Of a stretch of 37,284 bases of DNA, positions 27,242 through 35,771 are shown piece after piece. Where the stretch lies: positions 1 to 37,284 of the forward strand of contig JAJYFO010000004.1 of NCBI GenBank assembly GCA_021785395.1, given 5' to 3'. A program made the position numbers and the translations under genes. The stretch comes from a bacterium. Lineage in GTDB: Bacteria; Cyanobacteriota; Vampirovibrionia; Obscuribacterales; JAKAZS01. Under the pieces are notes generated by a model. It searched no databases and was not told where the DNA came from. It saw nothing but the letters and a program-made list of their open reading frames with translations. Numbering within the stretch: the first letter of the stretch is position 1; every line of letters starts with the position of its first letter.

Positions 27242-27380
27242 ATTTAAAAATTTGTACTTAATTGACTATTGTAAAAGCTTGCTGTAAAAGGTATAACTCT
27301 TTAACTAGAGTTATCAGTGGCGTAAATATTGGTATTATTTATAGTGTCAGTTTTGTAATTAAAAAATAGATTTAAAAATT
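27195..27380 (+). repeat. 58-bp imperfect direct repeat: copy 1 at 27195..27252 (3' end of the kinase gene plus stop) and copy 2 at 27323..27380
   Basis: taaatattggtactacttttacagtcagttttgcaattataacatagatttaaaaatt vs taaatattggtattatttatagtgtcagttttgtaattaaaaaatagatttaaaaatt, 50/58 identical by my count. Copy 2 translates to a relic ..NIGIIYSVSFVIKK* matching ..NIGTTFTVSFAIIT*. Confidence 0.85.
27293..27314. terminator. possible bidirectional hairpin between convergent genes (ataactct-ttaact-agagttat)
   Basis: Perfect 8-bp stem with a 6-nt loop between the two repeat copies. AT-rich with no clear U-tract, so weak. Confidence 0.3.
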
Positions 27381-28238
27381 ACTATTATCGTTACTAGAAT
27401 TATTGCCGTTCTGATCTTGCTTTATTTTCATCATTAGTTGAAGTTTTTTACCACGGTAGGCTGCTAAATCTTGTAAATCGGCCTGACCTAATTTTCGGCT
27501 AGCGTCCCAGACCATTGCATAATCTTGAACGGTTGATGATTCATCGAGAGCTTTTTTTAATAAATAACGGTTTAAATCTGGCATTTCAAAACTTTGCACA
27601 CTGGTAAGTAGTATACAAAGGCTGCGGGTATTGTTATCATCGTCGATTAGAGCTTTTAACATTTTGTGGCATAAATCGTCCATACCAAATGCTTTGGCTT
27701 TATTAGCGTATTCGATACCAGCTGGAACAGTATTTATTAAATTAAAGGCTTTTTTCATACTTAATTGGGCAATATCATTTAAAGCAAATTCCTGACATTT
27801 TACGCATAGGTCGTAAAGAGATTGTGGGGTATTTTCTTTGGCCAGTAAATTACTTATGGCTTCTTTGGTAACTTCGTAGAAGTCGAAGGATCTGGCTATT
27901 TTAGTAACCTGAAGAATATCACTTTCACTTTGGGCTAATTTCAAGGCTTTTTCTAGGCATTGCCTACGTATATCTATAAAAGGATAGCCGAAGTCTTTGG
28001 TATATTCGACGATTGTTAGGCATTTATCGACAGAATTTGCGTTGTTTAAGACATCGTTTAATAATTCATTGGCTCTTTGAGAATTATGGTTGGATATCAA
28101 ACTTTTAGCCTTACGTAATTGCTTTTTGGTTATCTCATCTATGTATAGTGGCGAATTTTTATCCACTGTTTTAGCCAAACTAAAACCAAAGCATAAATTT
28201 AAACTTATAGCTATTAATAAGAGTCTTGATATTTTCAT
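27372..28238 (-). CDS. hypothetical secreted alpha-helical repeat protein with an N/S-rich tail
   Basis: Signal peptide LLLIAISLNLCFGFSLA. Three loosely similar ~60-70-aa helical segments. Lies 45 nt downstream of the FHA gene on the same strand. Confidence 0.6.
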   Translation of the reverse strand: MKISRLLLIAISLNLCFGFSLAKTVDKNSPLYIDEITKKQLRKAKSLISNHNSQRANELLNDVLNNANSVDKCLTIVEYTKDFGYPFIDIRRQCLEKALKLAQSESDILQVTKIARSFDFYEVTKEAISNLLAKENTPQSLYDLCVKCQEFALNDIAQLSMKKAFNLINTVPAGIEYANKAKAFGMDDLCHKMLKALIDDDNNTRSLCILLTSVQSFEMPDLNRYLLKKALDESSTVQDYAMVWDASRKLGQADLQDLAAYRGKKLQLMMKIKQDQNGNNSSNDNSNF

Positions 28239-28283
28239 ATTAGTTTTAATAAAATTAAATTAATAAGCTAAAATAAACAAATA

Positions 28284-28610
28284 TTACTCAAGCATAAATA
28301 CTAATTCGGTTTTACCGATGGTAATGCAGTCGCCAGGCTTTAGCAGTTTTCGCTCGACCAAATCCTCGCCGTTATACAAGGTTCCATTGGTGCTTTCAAG
28401 GTCTTCGACGTAATATTTACCCTGCATCAATACCACTCGGGCATGATGTCTTGAAACATATTGGTCTTCCATTAAATACACGGCGTTGGACTCATCGCGA
28501 CCGATTTTGTTGACAGAATTTTCCAGATTATACCTTTGATTTGTTAGTTTATCAAGCAAATAAGCCTGTCCACGGACTGATGGCTTTGTTTTATTTGAAG
28601 ATTCCGACAT
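28284..28610 (-). CDS. FHA-domain protein
   Basis: IGRDESNAVYL..QYVSRHHARV......YYVEDLESTNGTLYNG matches the FHA signature (GR..S-xx-H..NGT). Confidence 0.88.
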   Translation of the reverse strand: MSESSNKTKPSVRGQAYLLDKLTNQRYNLENSVNKIGRDESNAVYLMEDQYVSRHHARVVLMQGKYYVEDLESTNGTLYNGEDLVERKLLKPGDCITIGKTELVFMLE

Positions 28611-28652
28611 AACTTTAAAATCCTTTAATTATAATAATTAATTATAAACAAA

Positions 28653-29417
28653 TTATTTTTTCCCGTTTTCGTGACTTTCGTCAAAATAATTAACGACGAC
28701 AACGGTGACATTGTCTGGCGCCCCACCGGCTCTAGTTTCTTCAACCAATTCTTTGGCTAGTTCATTGGGGTCATGATGTTTAGAAACTATTCTGGCGATT
28801 TGCTCATCGAGTAAGACGGTAGTTAAACCGTCAGAGCAAATTATAATCCAGTCATTGGGTTCTAAAGCTACTGGGTTAAAGTCAATCTCCACTTTTTCGT
28901 CGTGACCTAAACACCTGGTTATAAGGTTTTTATATGGGTTTATACGTGCTTGTTCTTCAGTAAGCCTGCCGGCTCTAACCATTTCTTGAACCACCGAATG
29001 GTCATTAGTCAGAAGTCTGTGTTTTTTGTTGCGGACCAAATAAGCTCTAGAGTCCCCTACGTGCCCAATCAACAAAGAATCATTATCGACGACAACTCCA
29101 ACCACTACAGTAGTTCCCATACCTTTGTAACTGGCGTCTTTTTCTGATTGATTATAAATTTCTTCATTAGCAGCGCTAATTGAATTTTCAATCCAGGCCT
29201 TGACAAGTTCCATGTCCGCATAGCTTGGAGCTTGCGACTTGAACTTGGCTTCAATAGCCTCAACAGCTAAGGAGCTGGCTTTAGCTCCACCTAAAGCACC
29301 ACCCATCCCGTCAGCAACCACATAAACCCTTTCATTAGGACTTATGTAATAATTATCCTCATTTTTTTGTCTTTGGCACCCTACGTCAGTTAATGCAGCG
29401 CAACGCCACTTAAGCAT
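28653..29417 (-). CDS. PP2C-family Ser/Thr protein phosphatase
   Basis: VVADGMGG, GTTVVV, HVGDSRAY, ICSDGL and GAPDNVTVVVV motifs. GGAGA 6 nt upstream of the ATG. Confidence 0.92.
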   Translation of the reverse strand: MLKWRCAALTDVGCQRQKNEDNYYISPNERVYVVADGMGGALGGAKASSLAVEAIEAKFKSQAPSYADMELVKAWIENSISAANEEIYNQSEKDASYKGMGTTVVVGVVVDNDSLLIGHVGDSRAYLVRNKKHRLLTNDHSVVQEMVRAGRLTEEQARINPYKNLITRCLGHDEKVEIDFNPVALEPNDWIIICSDGLTTVLLDEQIARIVSKHHDPNELAKELVEETRAGGAPDNVTVVVVNYFDESHENGKK

Positions 29418-29576
29418 TATGTATCTCCATAAAAAAACTCACTTACTAATAGTAACAAAAAATATTAAAAATAGATCCATTTAATAAAAGCCATTAATTA
29501 ATTATTTAAATATATTTTATTAAATTTATAAAAATGTTTAATTGACCAAATAATTTATATATTTTAACATTGTTTT

Positions 29577-30926
29577 CTAGCCCTTTTGAACAATAATATT
29601 AGGAATCAAATCCTTTACAACTTCAAAAATTATATATTCAATATTGGTTTTGTCTTTAATAGAAATTAAAAAGCCGCTCAAATAATAAGTGGTCTTAAAT
29701 AGCAAATATAACTGAGGTGGTATTGACCAGTTGTTGTCTAGTTCTTTTAGAAGTTTAAACAACTTATTCATATCGTTTGATTGAAAGTTGTTTTTTTCTT
29801 TCGAATGGACGATGATTCCAAGAATCTCTTTAACAGTTTCTGGATTAACACCAGTACAGATTATATTTAATTCGTATAATATGTCTGTGGCTTTATTTAC
29901 GTCTTTGTTGATCGCACTTAAAATTAAATTAATTATTTTATGCCTGACGTCGTTTTCTAGTTTACCCACAATGCCAAAGTCATAGATTACTAGATCGTTA
30001 CTTGAACTTATGCCTATATTACTTTCATGAGGGTCAGCGTGAAACAGGCCATATATTAAAGCTTGTTGCAGATAACAAGAAAAAGTTTTAACAATAAAGC
30101 TGTCAATATTTCTTTTAAGGGTAATTTGGGAAATTTTGGCTGATTCTATATATTCCATACAAATTATATGGCGCCCAGTCAAATTCCAGATTATTTTGGG
30201 AATTTTGACATAGTTCAAAGATTTTAAATTTTGCCTTATTTCATTGGCATTTTTAGCCTCTTGGAGGAAGTTTAATTCGTCAAATAAAATACCACCCAGC
30301 TCGTCAATCAATTCAAAAAAATATTTTAGGTTAAGCTTGTTTATAAAGCCATTATATATAACTATCGAATACTTGACTAAAATTAGGTCGATATAAAATT
30401 GGCCAGGTAGGTATGGACGCTGTATTTTGACGACAATGGTTTCATTGCTATCTTTAAGTTTTGCCTTGTGAACCTGAGCAATACTAGCACTAGCCAATGC
30501 GATAGGTTCAAAATCGACAAAAATGTCTTTATACGACTGGTTAAAATCGTGTTTAAAAGCTGCGTCAATATTGGCTATAGGTTCAGCTGGGACTTTGTCA
30601 AGTAAAGTTTTTAGCTGGCAGGTTACTTCGGTACTTAAAAAGTCAGCCCGAACCGATAAAAACTGACCCAATTTTATAAAAAAAGGGCCCAGCTTAATGA
30701 ATGAATCGGTTAATAATTGGCCAAGCTTGGTATTAAATTCACTAGTATTTAAGCTTTTTTTAGAATCAATTTTAAACTTGATAATTTCAAAAATAACCGC
30801 CAAAAAACTAAATAGTCGCTTTAAAAATAATTTATTGAATAAAAGCGCGTAACTTAGTTTTAAGTTACGCGGGTCATAAGTTCCCGAAAATGACCATTTG
30901 GAATTGATTAATGTGTTAACTTGCAA
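29577..30926 (-). CDS. ABC1/UbiB (AarF)-family atypical protein kinase
   Basis: LGQFLSVRADFL, ASASIAQVHKA and FHADPHESN motifs. TTG start 17 nt after the upstream ORF. Confidence 0.88.
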   Translation of the reverse strand: MQVNTLINSKWSFSGTYDPRNLKLSYALLFNKLFLKRLFSFLAVIFEIIKFKIDSKKSLNTSEFNTKLGQLLTDSFIKLGPFFIKLGQFLSVRADFLSTEVTCQLKTLLDKVPAEPIANIDAAFKHDFNQSYKDIFVDFEPIALASASIAQVHKAKLKDSNETIVVKIQRPYLPGQFYIDLILVKYSIVIYNGFINKLNLKYFFELIDELGGILFDELNFLQEAKNANEIRQNLKSLNYVKIPKIIWNLTGRHIICMEYIESAKISQITLKRNIDSFIVKTFSCYLQQALIYGLFHADPHESNIGISSSNDLVIYDFGIVGKLENDVRHKIINLILSAINKDVNKATDILYELNIICTGVNPETVKEILGIIVHSKEKNNFQSNDMNKLFKLLKELDNNWSIPPQLYLLFKTTYYLSGFLISIKDKTNIEYIIFEVVKDLIPNIIVQKG

Positions 30927-30943
30927 TTAAATTTATTTAAAAG

Positions 30944-31309
30944 CTAGACAGATACTTTATGATTGGCTTTTAAATCAGACAATTCAGCCCTTAACGTCGC
31001 TATTTCAGCTCTCAATTCATTAATTTCTGAACTGTCGCCTAGAGCACCAAGTGAAAACTCGGCTACTTGACGTCTGATCGAATCGCGCACCTGGCTTTCA
31101 AGAATTTCTGAGCGATGCCATATTTGTTGGCTAATATCATTAGCCACTTTGGTAAATTTTTCTTTAGTCTCATGTAAATAATCGTTAGACTGACTTCGAC
31201 ATTCATCAGCTTTGATAGTGAATAAATCTAAATAGTCTTCAATACGTTCACGGCCAACTTCAATCGTTGCTTTAGATAAGAAAGCAACCTTTAATAATGT
31301 TTTAAGCAC
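30944..31309 (-). CDS. phasin-like coiled-coil protein (resembles the ~110-aa COG3937-type 'PHA synthesis regulator phasin' pattern)
   Basis: GTG start with GGGGGA upstream. LLKVAFLSKATIEVGRE N-terminus. C-terminal SEINELRAEIATLRAELSDLK coiled coil. The assignment is pattern recognition only. Confidence 0.5.
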   Translation of the reverse strand: MLKTLLKVAFLSKATIEVGRERIEDYLDLFTIKADECRSQSNDYLHETKEKFTKVANDISQQIWHRSEILESQVRDSIRRQVAEFSLGALGDSSEINELRAEIATLRAELSDLKANHKVSV

Positions 31310-31499
31310 TTTTAGTCCCCCATTGGCTGAATTTAAGGTCAGTTAACTCTTTATACTACTATACTAACCTTTATGCCCGGGAAAGTCATTAAATTTTAAT
31401 GAAAGCTTATAGATTTAATAAAAATGCGATACATAATTAATATTGTGCTTTAAATTACCAGAAATTATAAACTTAATATTAAATTTTAAGGGGTAAAAA

Positions 31500-32423
31500 T
31501 TGATAATCACAAAACAAACCAATGTAAGTCTAATTTACGTTCCCATTCATTATGGAGGAGGACATTCTGGGGCCAGTCTTGGACCTGCGGCGGTCAAGGC
31601 TACGAATTTAAATAAACTATTAAATTTTCAGGGAATAACCGTTGTCGGTGAAGTCGACATCGAAGTCCCTAGTGTCGAAGATATCAATATTAAAAATCCT
31701 AAGTTGCGCTACCTTGACCAAATCGTCCAGGTCTGTAATTCGGTTGCCTTAGCTACGCAAAAAGCTCTTGAACAGGGTTCTTTTCCGGTTATAATAGGTG
31801 GCGACCATAGTTTTGCCATAGGCAGTATTGCTGGGGCTAGTAATTTTTATCGCAAGCAAAATAAAGAACTCGGTCTTATATGGTTTGACGCTCATGGCGA
31901 TATGAATACGCAAGAAACCAGTCTCAGTGGCAATATTCATGGTATGCCATTGGCTAAGACGGTTGGCTTTGGTGACAGTAACTTAACCCAAATATACGGC
32001 TATAAGCCCAAAGTTAAATCTGAAAACACGGTTCTTATAGGTCTTAGGGATGTAGACGAGGAAGAAAAAAAGATAATCAAAAAAAGTGAAATTATTTCGT
32101 ATACCATGTCTGACATTGACCATATAGGAATTAACGAAATATTGGAAAAATCTGTTAAGGCCTTAAATCAAAACGTCGAAGCTATTCATGTGTCTTTTGA
32201 CCTTGACGTGATTGACCCACAATACGCACCTGGCGTTAGCACACCGGTTGATGGTGGGATTAATTTTCGCGAGTCTATGCAAATCATGTCATACTTAGCG
32301 CAATACGGCAAAATATGTTCGCTTGACATTGCCGAGCTAAACCCCTTAAACGATATTAAAAATAAAACGGGTGAATTAGCCTGCAATTTAATCTTGACCT
32401 GTTTAGGTAAAAATATGCTTTAA
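31500..32423 (+). CDS. rocF: arginase (ureohydrolase family)
   Basis: GGDHSFAIGSIAG, WFDAHGDMNT, SGNIHGMPLA and SFDLDVIDP. TTG start with aagggg upstream. Confidence 0.85.
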   Translation: MIITKQTNVSLIYVPIHYGGGHSGASLGPAAVKATNLNKLLNFQGITVVGEVDIEVPSVEDINIKNPKLRYLDQIVQVCNSVALATQKALEQGSFPVIIGGDHSFAIGSIAGASNFYRKQNKELGLIWFDAHGDMNTQETSLSGNIHGMPLAKTVGFGDSNLTQIYGYKPKVKSENTVLIGLRDVDEEEKKIIKKSEIISYTMSDIDHIGINEILEKSVKALNQNVEAIHVSFDLDVIDPQYAPGVSTPVDGGINFRESMQIMSYLAQYGKICSLDIAELNPLNDIKNKTGELACNLILTCLGKNML

Positions 32424-32483
32424 TAAATAGTATAATTATAAATATGGTAAGTTTCAGTTCTGTAAATAGCCGAGGTATAAATT

Positions 32484-33236
32484 ATGTCAGTTCAATTAGA
32501 AAAAAAACATGAAAAGATGATGGAAAAAATTCAAAATGGTGAAAAGTTGGAGTCACCAGCTGAAATTACTGATGAGTATAAAGAGCATTTGCTAACCTTA
32601 CTTATTGCCCAGGCTGACTCTGAATTAGCTGGAGCTTACGGTTATATTCCGTGGATAGAAGGAGCCCCTAATGTAGCTGAAAAGCTTGTTATGGCCAATA
32701 TTGTCAAGGACGAATGTCGCCATGCCAAGGCAATTTACGATTTAATCGACCGTTTTGGCATAAATGTTGACAAGTTGATTCATGAAGATAAAATGAAAAA
32801 TCGCATGAAAGTATTTTACGAGCCCATCAGAACTTGGGCTGATTTGGTGATGTTCAATTTTTTAATGGACAGAGCCGCCGGACACCAATTGCAAGATGCG
32901 GCTCAATGCAGCTGGGGTCCTTGGTCGAGAGCCATGCAGCAAATCGAAAAAGAAGAATGGATGCATGTAAAACATGGTGAAACATGGGTTAAGAAGTTAG
33001 CTATCGACGTCAACCAAAAGGCAAAAATTCAAGAAGCCCTAGACTTCTGGTTTCCTAAGGTTAATCGGGTATTTGGCAAACCAGGCACCGATTCCAATAA
33101 TGCTTTTCAAAAATTTAAACTTAAACAGCGCGACAACCATGAAGTAAGAGTCGCCTGGTATAAGGAAATCAAAGAACTATTAGAGTCTTATGGTTTGACT
33201 GTTCCTGATATTTCTGTTGTAGAAAGAAGCAAGTAA
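32484..33236 (+). CDS. PaaA-like diiron acyl-CoA oxygenase subunit (phenylacetic acid catabolic protein family), short 250-aa form
   Basis: Candidate carboxylate/His ligands are present: E47 (DSELAG), E77-x2-H80 (DECRH, nt 32712..32723), D129 (LMDRAAGH), E158-x2-H161 (EEWMH). Length is closer to PaaC but the ligand set is like PaaA. Confidence 0.75.
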   Translation: MSVQLEKKHEKMMEKIQNGEKLESPAEITDEYKEHLLTLLIAQADSELAGAYGYIPWIEGAPNVAEKLVMANIVKDECRHAKAIYDLIDRFGINVDKLIHEDKMKNRMKVFYEPIRTWADLVMFNFLMDRAAGHQLQDAAQCSWGPWSRAMQQIEKEEWMHVKHGETWVKKLAIDVNQKAKIQEALDFWFPKVNRVFGKPGTDSNNAFQKFKLKQRDNHEVRVAWYKEIKELLESYGLTVPDISVVERSK

Positions 33237-33251
33237 TTAAATTTCACTAAA

Positions 33252-33713
33252 ATGAAAAATTTAGATATCCTGGGTGTGACGAAAAATACTGAAGTCATAG
33301 TTAGTGATACCATGGTTGCTACATTAGGCGGTAGAGTAATTCATCCTTTGTTGTCTTCTTGCGCCTTGATCCAAGAAATGGAATGGGCATCTAGGTTAAC
33401 TATAATCGATTATCTCGACAATGAAGAAGATGCCATGGGGACAAAAATAGTTTTGAATCACAGAAAACCCACTCCTGTAGGTATGAAAATTAAAATCTGC
33501 GCTACAATTATCGAAATTGAAGGTGAAAAAATTAACTGTAAAGTTGAAGCATTTAGCGATTTTGGGCTAATTGCTGATGGCTGCGTTGAACAGACCGTAG
33601 TAAAAAAAAACTGGCTTGAGGCCAAAATTCAAAAATTAAATACATTAGTTAAGGCAAATAAGGAGGACAATCATGATAAAAATGATGGCGATATACAAAA
33701 AACCACTAAATAA
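33252..33713 (+). CDS. hotdog-fold thioesterase (FlK/PaaI-like) with a charged C-terminal tail
   Basis: VSDTMVATLGGRVIHPLLSSCALIQEMEWAS...GTKIVLNHRKPTPVGMKI pattern. 15 nt after the oxygenase gene. Confidence 0.7.
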   Translation: MKNLDILGVTKNTEVIVSDTMVATLGGRVIHPLLSSCALIQEMEWASRLTIIDYLDNEEDAMGTKIVLNHRKPTPVGMKIKICATIIEIEGEKINCKVEAFSDFGLIADGCVEQTVVKKNWLEAKIQKLNTLVKANKEDNHDKNDGDIQKTTK

Positions 33714-33981
33714 AGATGAATTTGATAATTATTATTTTAACACCCACTTACCGCTGGCCAGTAAAATGCCAGGTCTAAGGCGCGTTGAAATCGATAAAAT
33801 ATATGGAACTCCGTTTGGTGAAACTAACTATTATATGATCGCTAACATGTATTTTGATTCTAAAGAAGATTTAAATTCGGCCTTGTCTTCGCCCGAAGGA
33901 AGAGCCTGTGGTAAGGATCTTAAAAATTTTACAACCGATAACGTAGAACTCGTGTTTAGTCAGGTTGACAGTAATAACTAA
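33673..33981 (+). CDS. EthD-domain protein
   Basis: MIKMMAIYKKP..DEFDNYYFNTHLPLASKMPGLRR.E resembles EthD-family proteins. AGGAGG lies 6 nt upstream of the ATG, inside the thioesterase tail (41-nt overlap). Confidence 0.75.
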   Translation: MIKMMAIYKKPLNKDEFDNYYFNTHLPLASKMPGLRRVEIDKIYGTPFGETNYYMIANMYFDSKEDLNSALSSPEGRACGKDLKNFTTDNVELVFSQVDSNN

Positions 33982-34001
33982 GAATTTTTTATGGAGATGA
34001 A

Positions 34002-34952
34002 ATGAATTCATGTACACTAACAGCTGATAAAACTATAAAATTCGAGCGTTTGATATACGAAAAAAAAGATTTTACAGCTAAAATAACTATTAATCGGCCT
34101 AAAGTATACAACTGTTTTGATTATTTGACTTTAAAAGAACTAGCCAAAGCCTATGAGGACGTAAGCTACGATGATAATATAGCCGTTTTGATAATAACCG
34201 GATCTGGTCGAGAAGCCTTTTGTACTGGTGCTGATTTAAAAGAACAGGCCACGTTTACGCTCGACCGAGGCGATAATTACTACAAGTGGATGTACGCTTT
34301 TATAGAAATGCACGACCGTTTGCGTAATATAGGTAAGCCTACTATTGCTCGTCTTAACGGCATGGTCGTGGGTGGTGGTAATGAATTGAACATGGCCTGT
34401 GATTTGGCTATAGCTAGTAATCATGTAACCATTCGGCAAGTTGGAGCCGCACGTGGATCGGTAGCAGCTGGCGGAGCTACCCAGTGGCTGCCTTTAATTG
34501 TTGGCGACCGTAGGGCCCGTGAAATATTAATGACTTGTGAGCCTATTTCGGCGCAAAAAGCTTTAGAATGGGGGCTGGTTAATGAAGTCGTTCCGTATGA
34601 TGAGTTGGATAAAGCTTGCGAAAAACTGGCTCAAAAGTTATACAATAAGTTACCTGGCTGTATGCGTTATACCAAACAGCAATTAAATTTCTGGCGCGAT
34701 TTTTCATGGGGAATGACGATTGGTCACGCTAGAGACTGGTTAACTGTTCATGCCAACGCCTATGAAACCAAGTATGGATTGCAGGCGTTTATCGATAAAA
34801 GTGAACTCGATTATGCAAAAGTTAGAGCCAGGCATGTTATGGGTGAATTACCATATCAAAATGCTATTGACTTAATAGTCTGTAAAAAATGTGATACTAA
34901 AAACCCCAGCAATTTTAAATTTTGTGGAAACTGTGGTAATGCTTTGATTTAA
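34002..34952 (+). CDS. enoyl-CoA hydratase/isomerase superfamily protein (MenB/BadI-like) fused to a C-terminal zinc ribbon
   Basis: ITINRPKVYNCF, ITGSGREAFCTGADL, NGMVVGGGNELNMACDL and GLVNEVVP. C-terminal CKKC-x10-CGNC at nt 34881..34934. Confidence 0.85.
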   Translation: MNSCTLTADKTIKFERLIYEKKDFTAKITINRPKVYNCFDYLTLKELAKAYEDVSYDDNIAVLIITGSGREAFCTGADLKEQATFTLDRGDNYYKWMYAFIEMHDRLRNIGKPTIARLNGMVVGGGNELNMACDLAIASNHVTIRQVGAARGSVAAGGATQWLPLIVGDRRAREILMTCEPISAQKALEWGLVNEVVPYDELDKACEKLAQKLYNKLPGCMRYTKQQLNFWRDFSWGMTIGHARDWLTVHANAYETKYGLQAFIDKSELDYAKVRARHVMGELPYQNAIDLIVCKKCDTKNPSNFKFCGNCGNALI

Positions 34953-34963
34953 GGGAGTATTTT

Positions 34964-35746
34964 ATGCAAACAAATTATGAATTTATTAAATCGTTAATCC
35001 TTGATGATTCAATAGGATTAGTAGAATTGAACCGTCCCAAACTTCTCAATGCCCTTAATATTGGTCTTATGAAGGAATTAGCTAAAGAGTTAAAGGAACT
35101 AGATGATAACGAAAACATAAAAGTCATAGTCTTGACTGGTAACCAGAAAGCCTTTGCGGCCGGAGCTGATATTGGCGAAATGGCAAATGAAGATACCGTC
35201 TCTATTATGCTCAAAGACAATTTCAGTACCTGGGATTCAATAGCCAATATCAAAACGCCAATTATTGCAAGTGTAAGTGGCTACGCTTTAGGTGGTGGCT
35301 TAGAATTAGTTATGACCTGTGATATCATTGTGGCTGGCGAAGACGCAAAATTTGGCCAACCAGAAATTAATTTGGGGGTTATACCTGGCGCTGGTGGCAC
35401 GCAGAGATTAACTAGAGCCATTGGTAAATATAGAGCCAGTGAACTTATTTTAACCGGTGAACTGATTACAGCACGACAGATGTATGATTACGGTTTAATT
35501 AATAAGGTAGTTCCAAACGAACTATATTTAACAGCTGCTTTAACTATAGCTAGAGAAATAGCTAAAAAATCAAGGATTGCCTTAAGGCTTGGTAAGGAAG
35601 CAATAAATAAATCTTTTGATTTAAATTTGAAAGAAGGTCTAAATTTGGAGCGAAAAAACTTTTATATGTTATTTTCCTCACAAGACCAAAAAGAAGGGAT
35701 GAAGGCTTTTATTGAAAAGCGCAAACCCCAGTTTGTTGGACGTTAA
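34964..35746 (+). CDS. enoyl-CoA hydratase (short-chain crotonase, PaaF/Ech-like)
   Basis: LNRPKLLNAL, LTGNQKAFAAGADI, GYALGGGLELVMTCD, GAGGTQRL and EGMKAFIEKRKP. Confidence 0.9.
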   Translation: MQTNYEFIKSLILDDSIGLVELNRPKLLNALNIGLMKELAKELKELDDNENIKVIVLTGNQKAFAAGADIGEMANEDTVSIMLKDNFSTWDSIANIKTPIIASVSGYALGGGLELVMTCDIIVAGEDAKFGQPEINLGVIPGAGGTQRLTRAIGKYRASELILTGELITARQMYDYGLINKVVPNELYLTAALTIAREIAKKSRIALRLGKEAINKSFDLNLKEGLNLERKNFYMLFSSQDQKEGMKAFIEKRKPQFVGR

Positions 35747-35771
35747 ACTTAATTTTATTAAAGAGGTAAAT

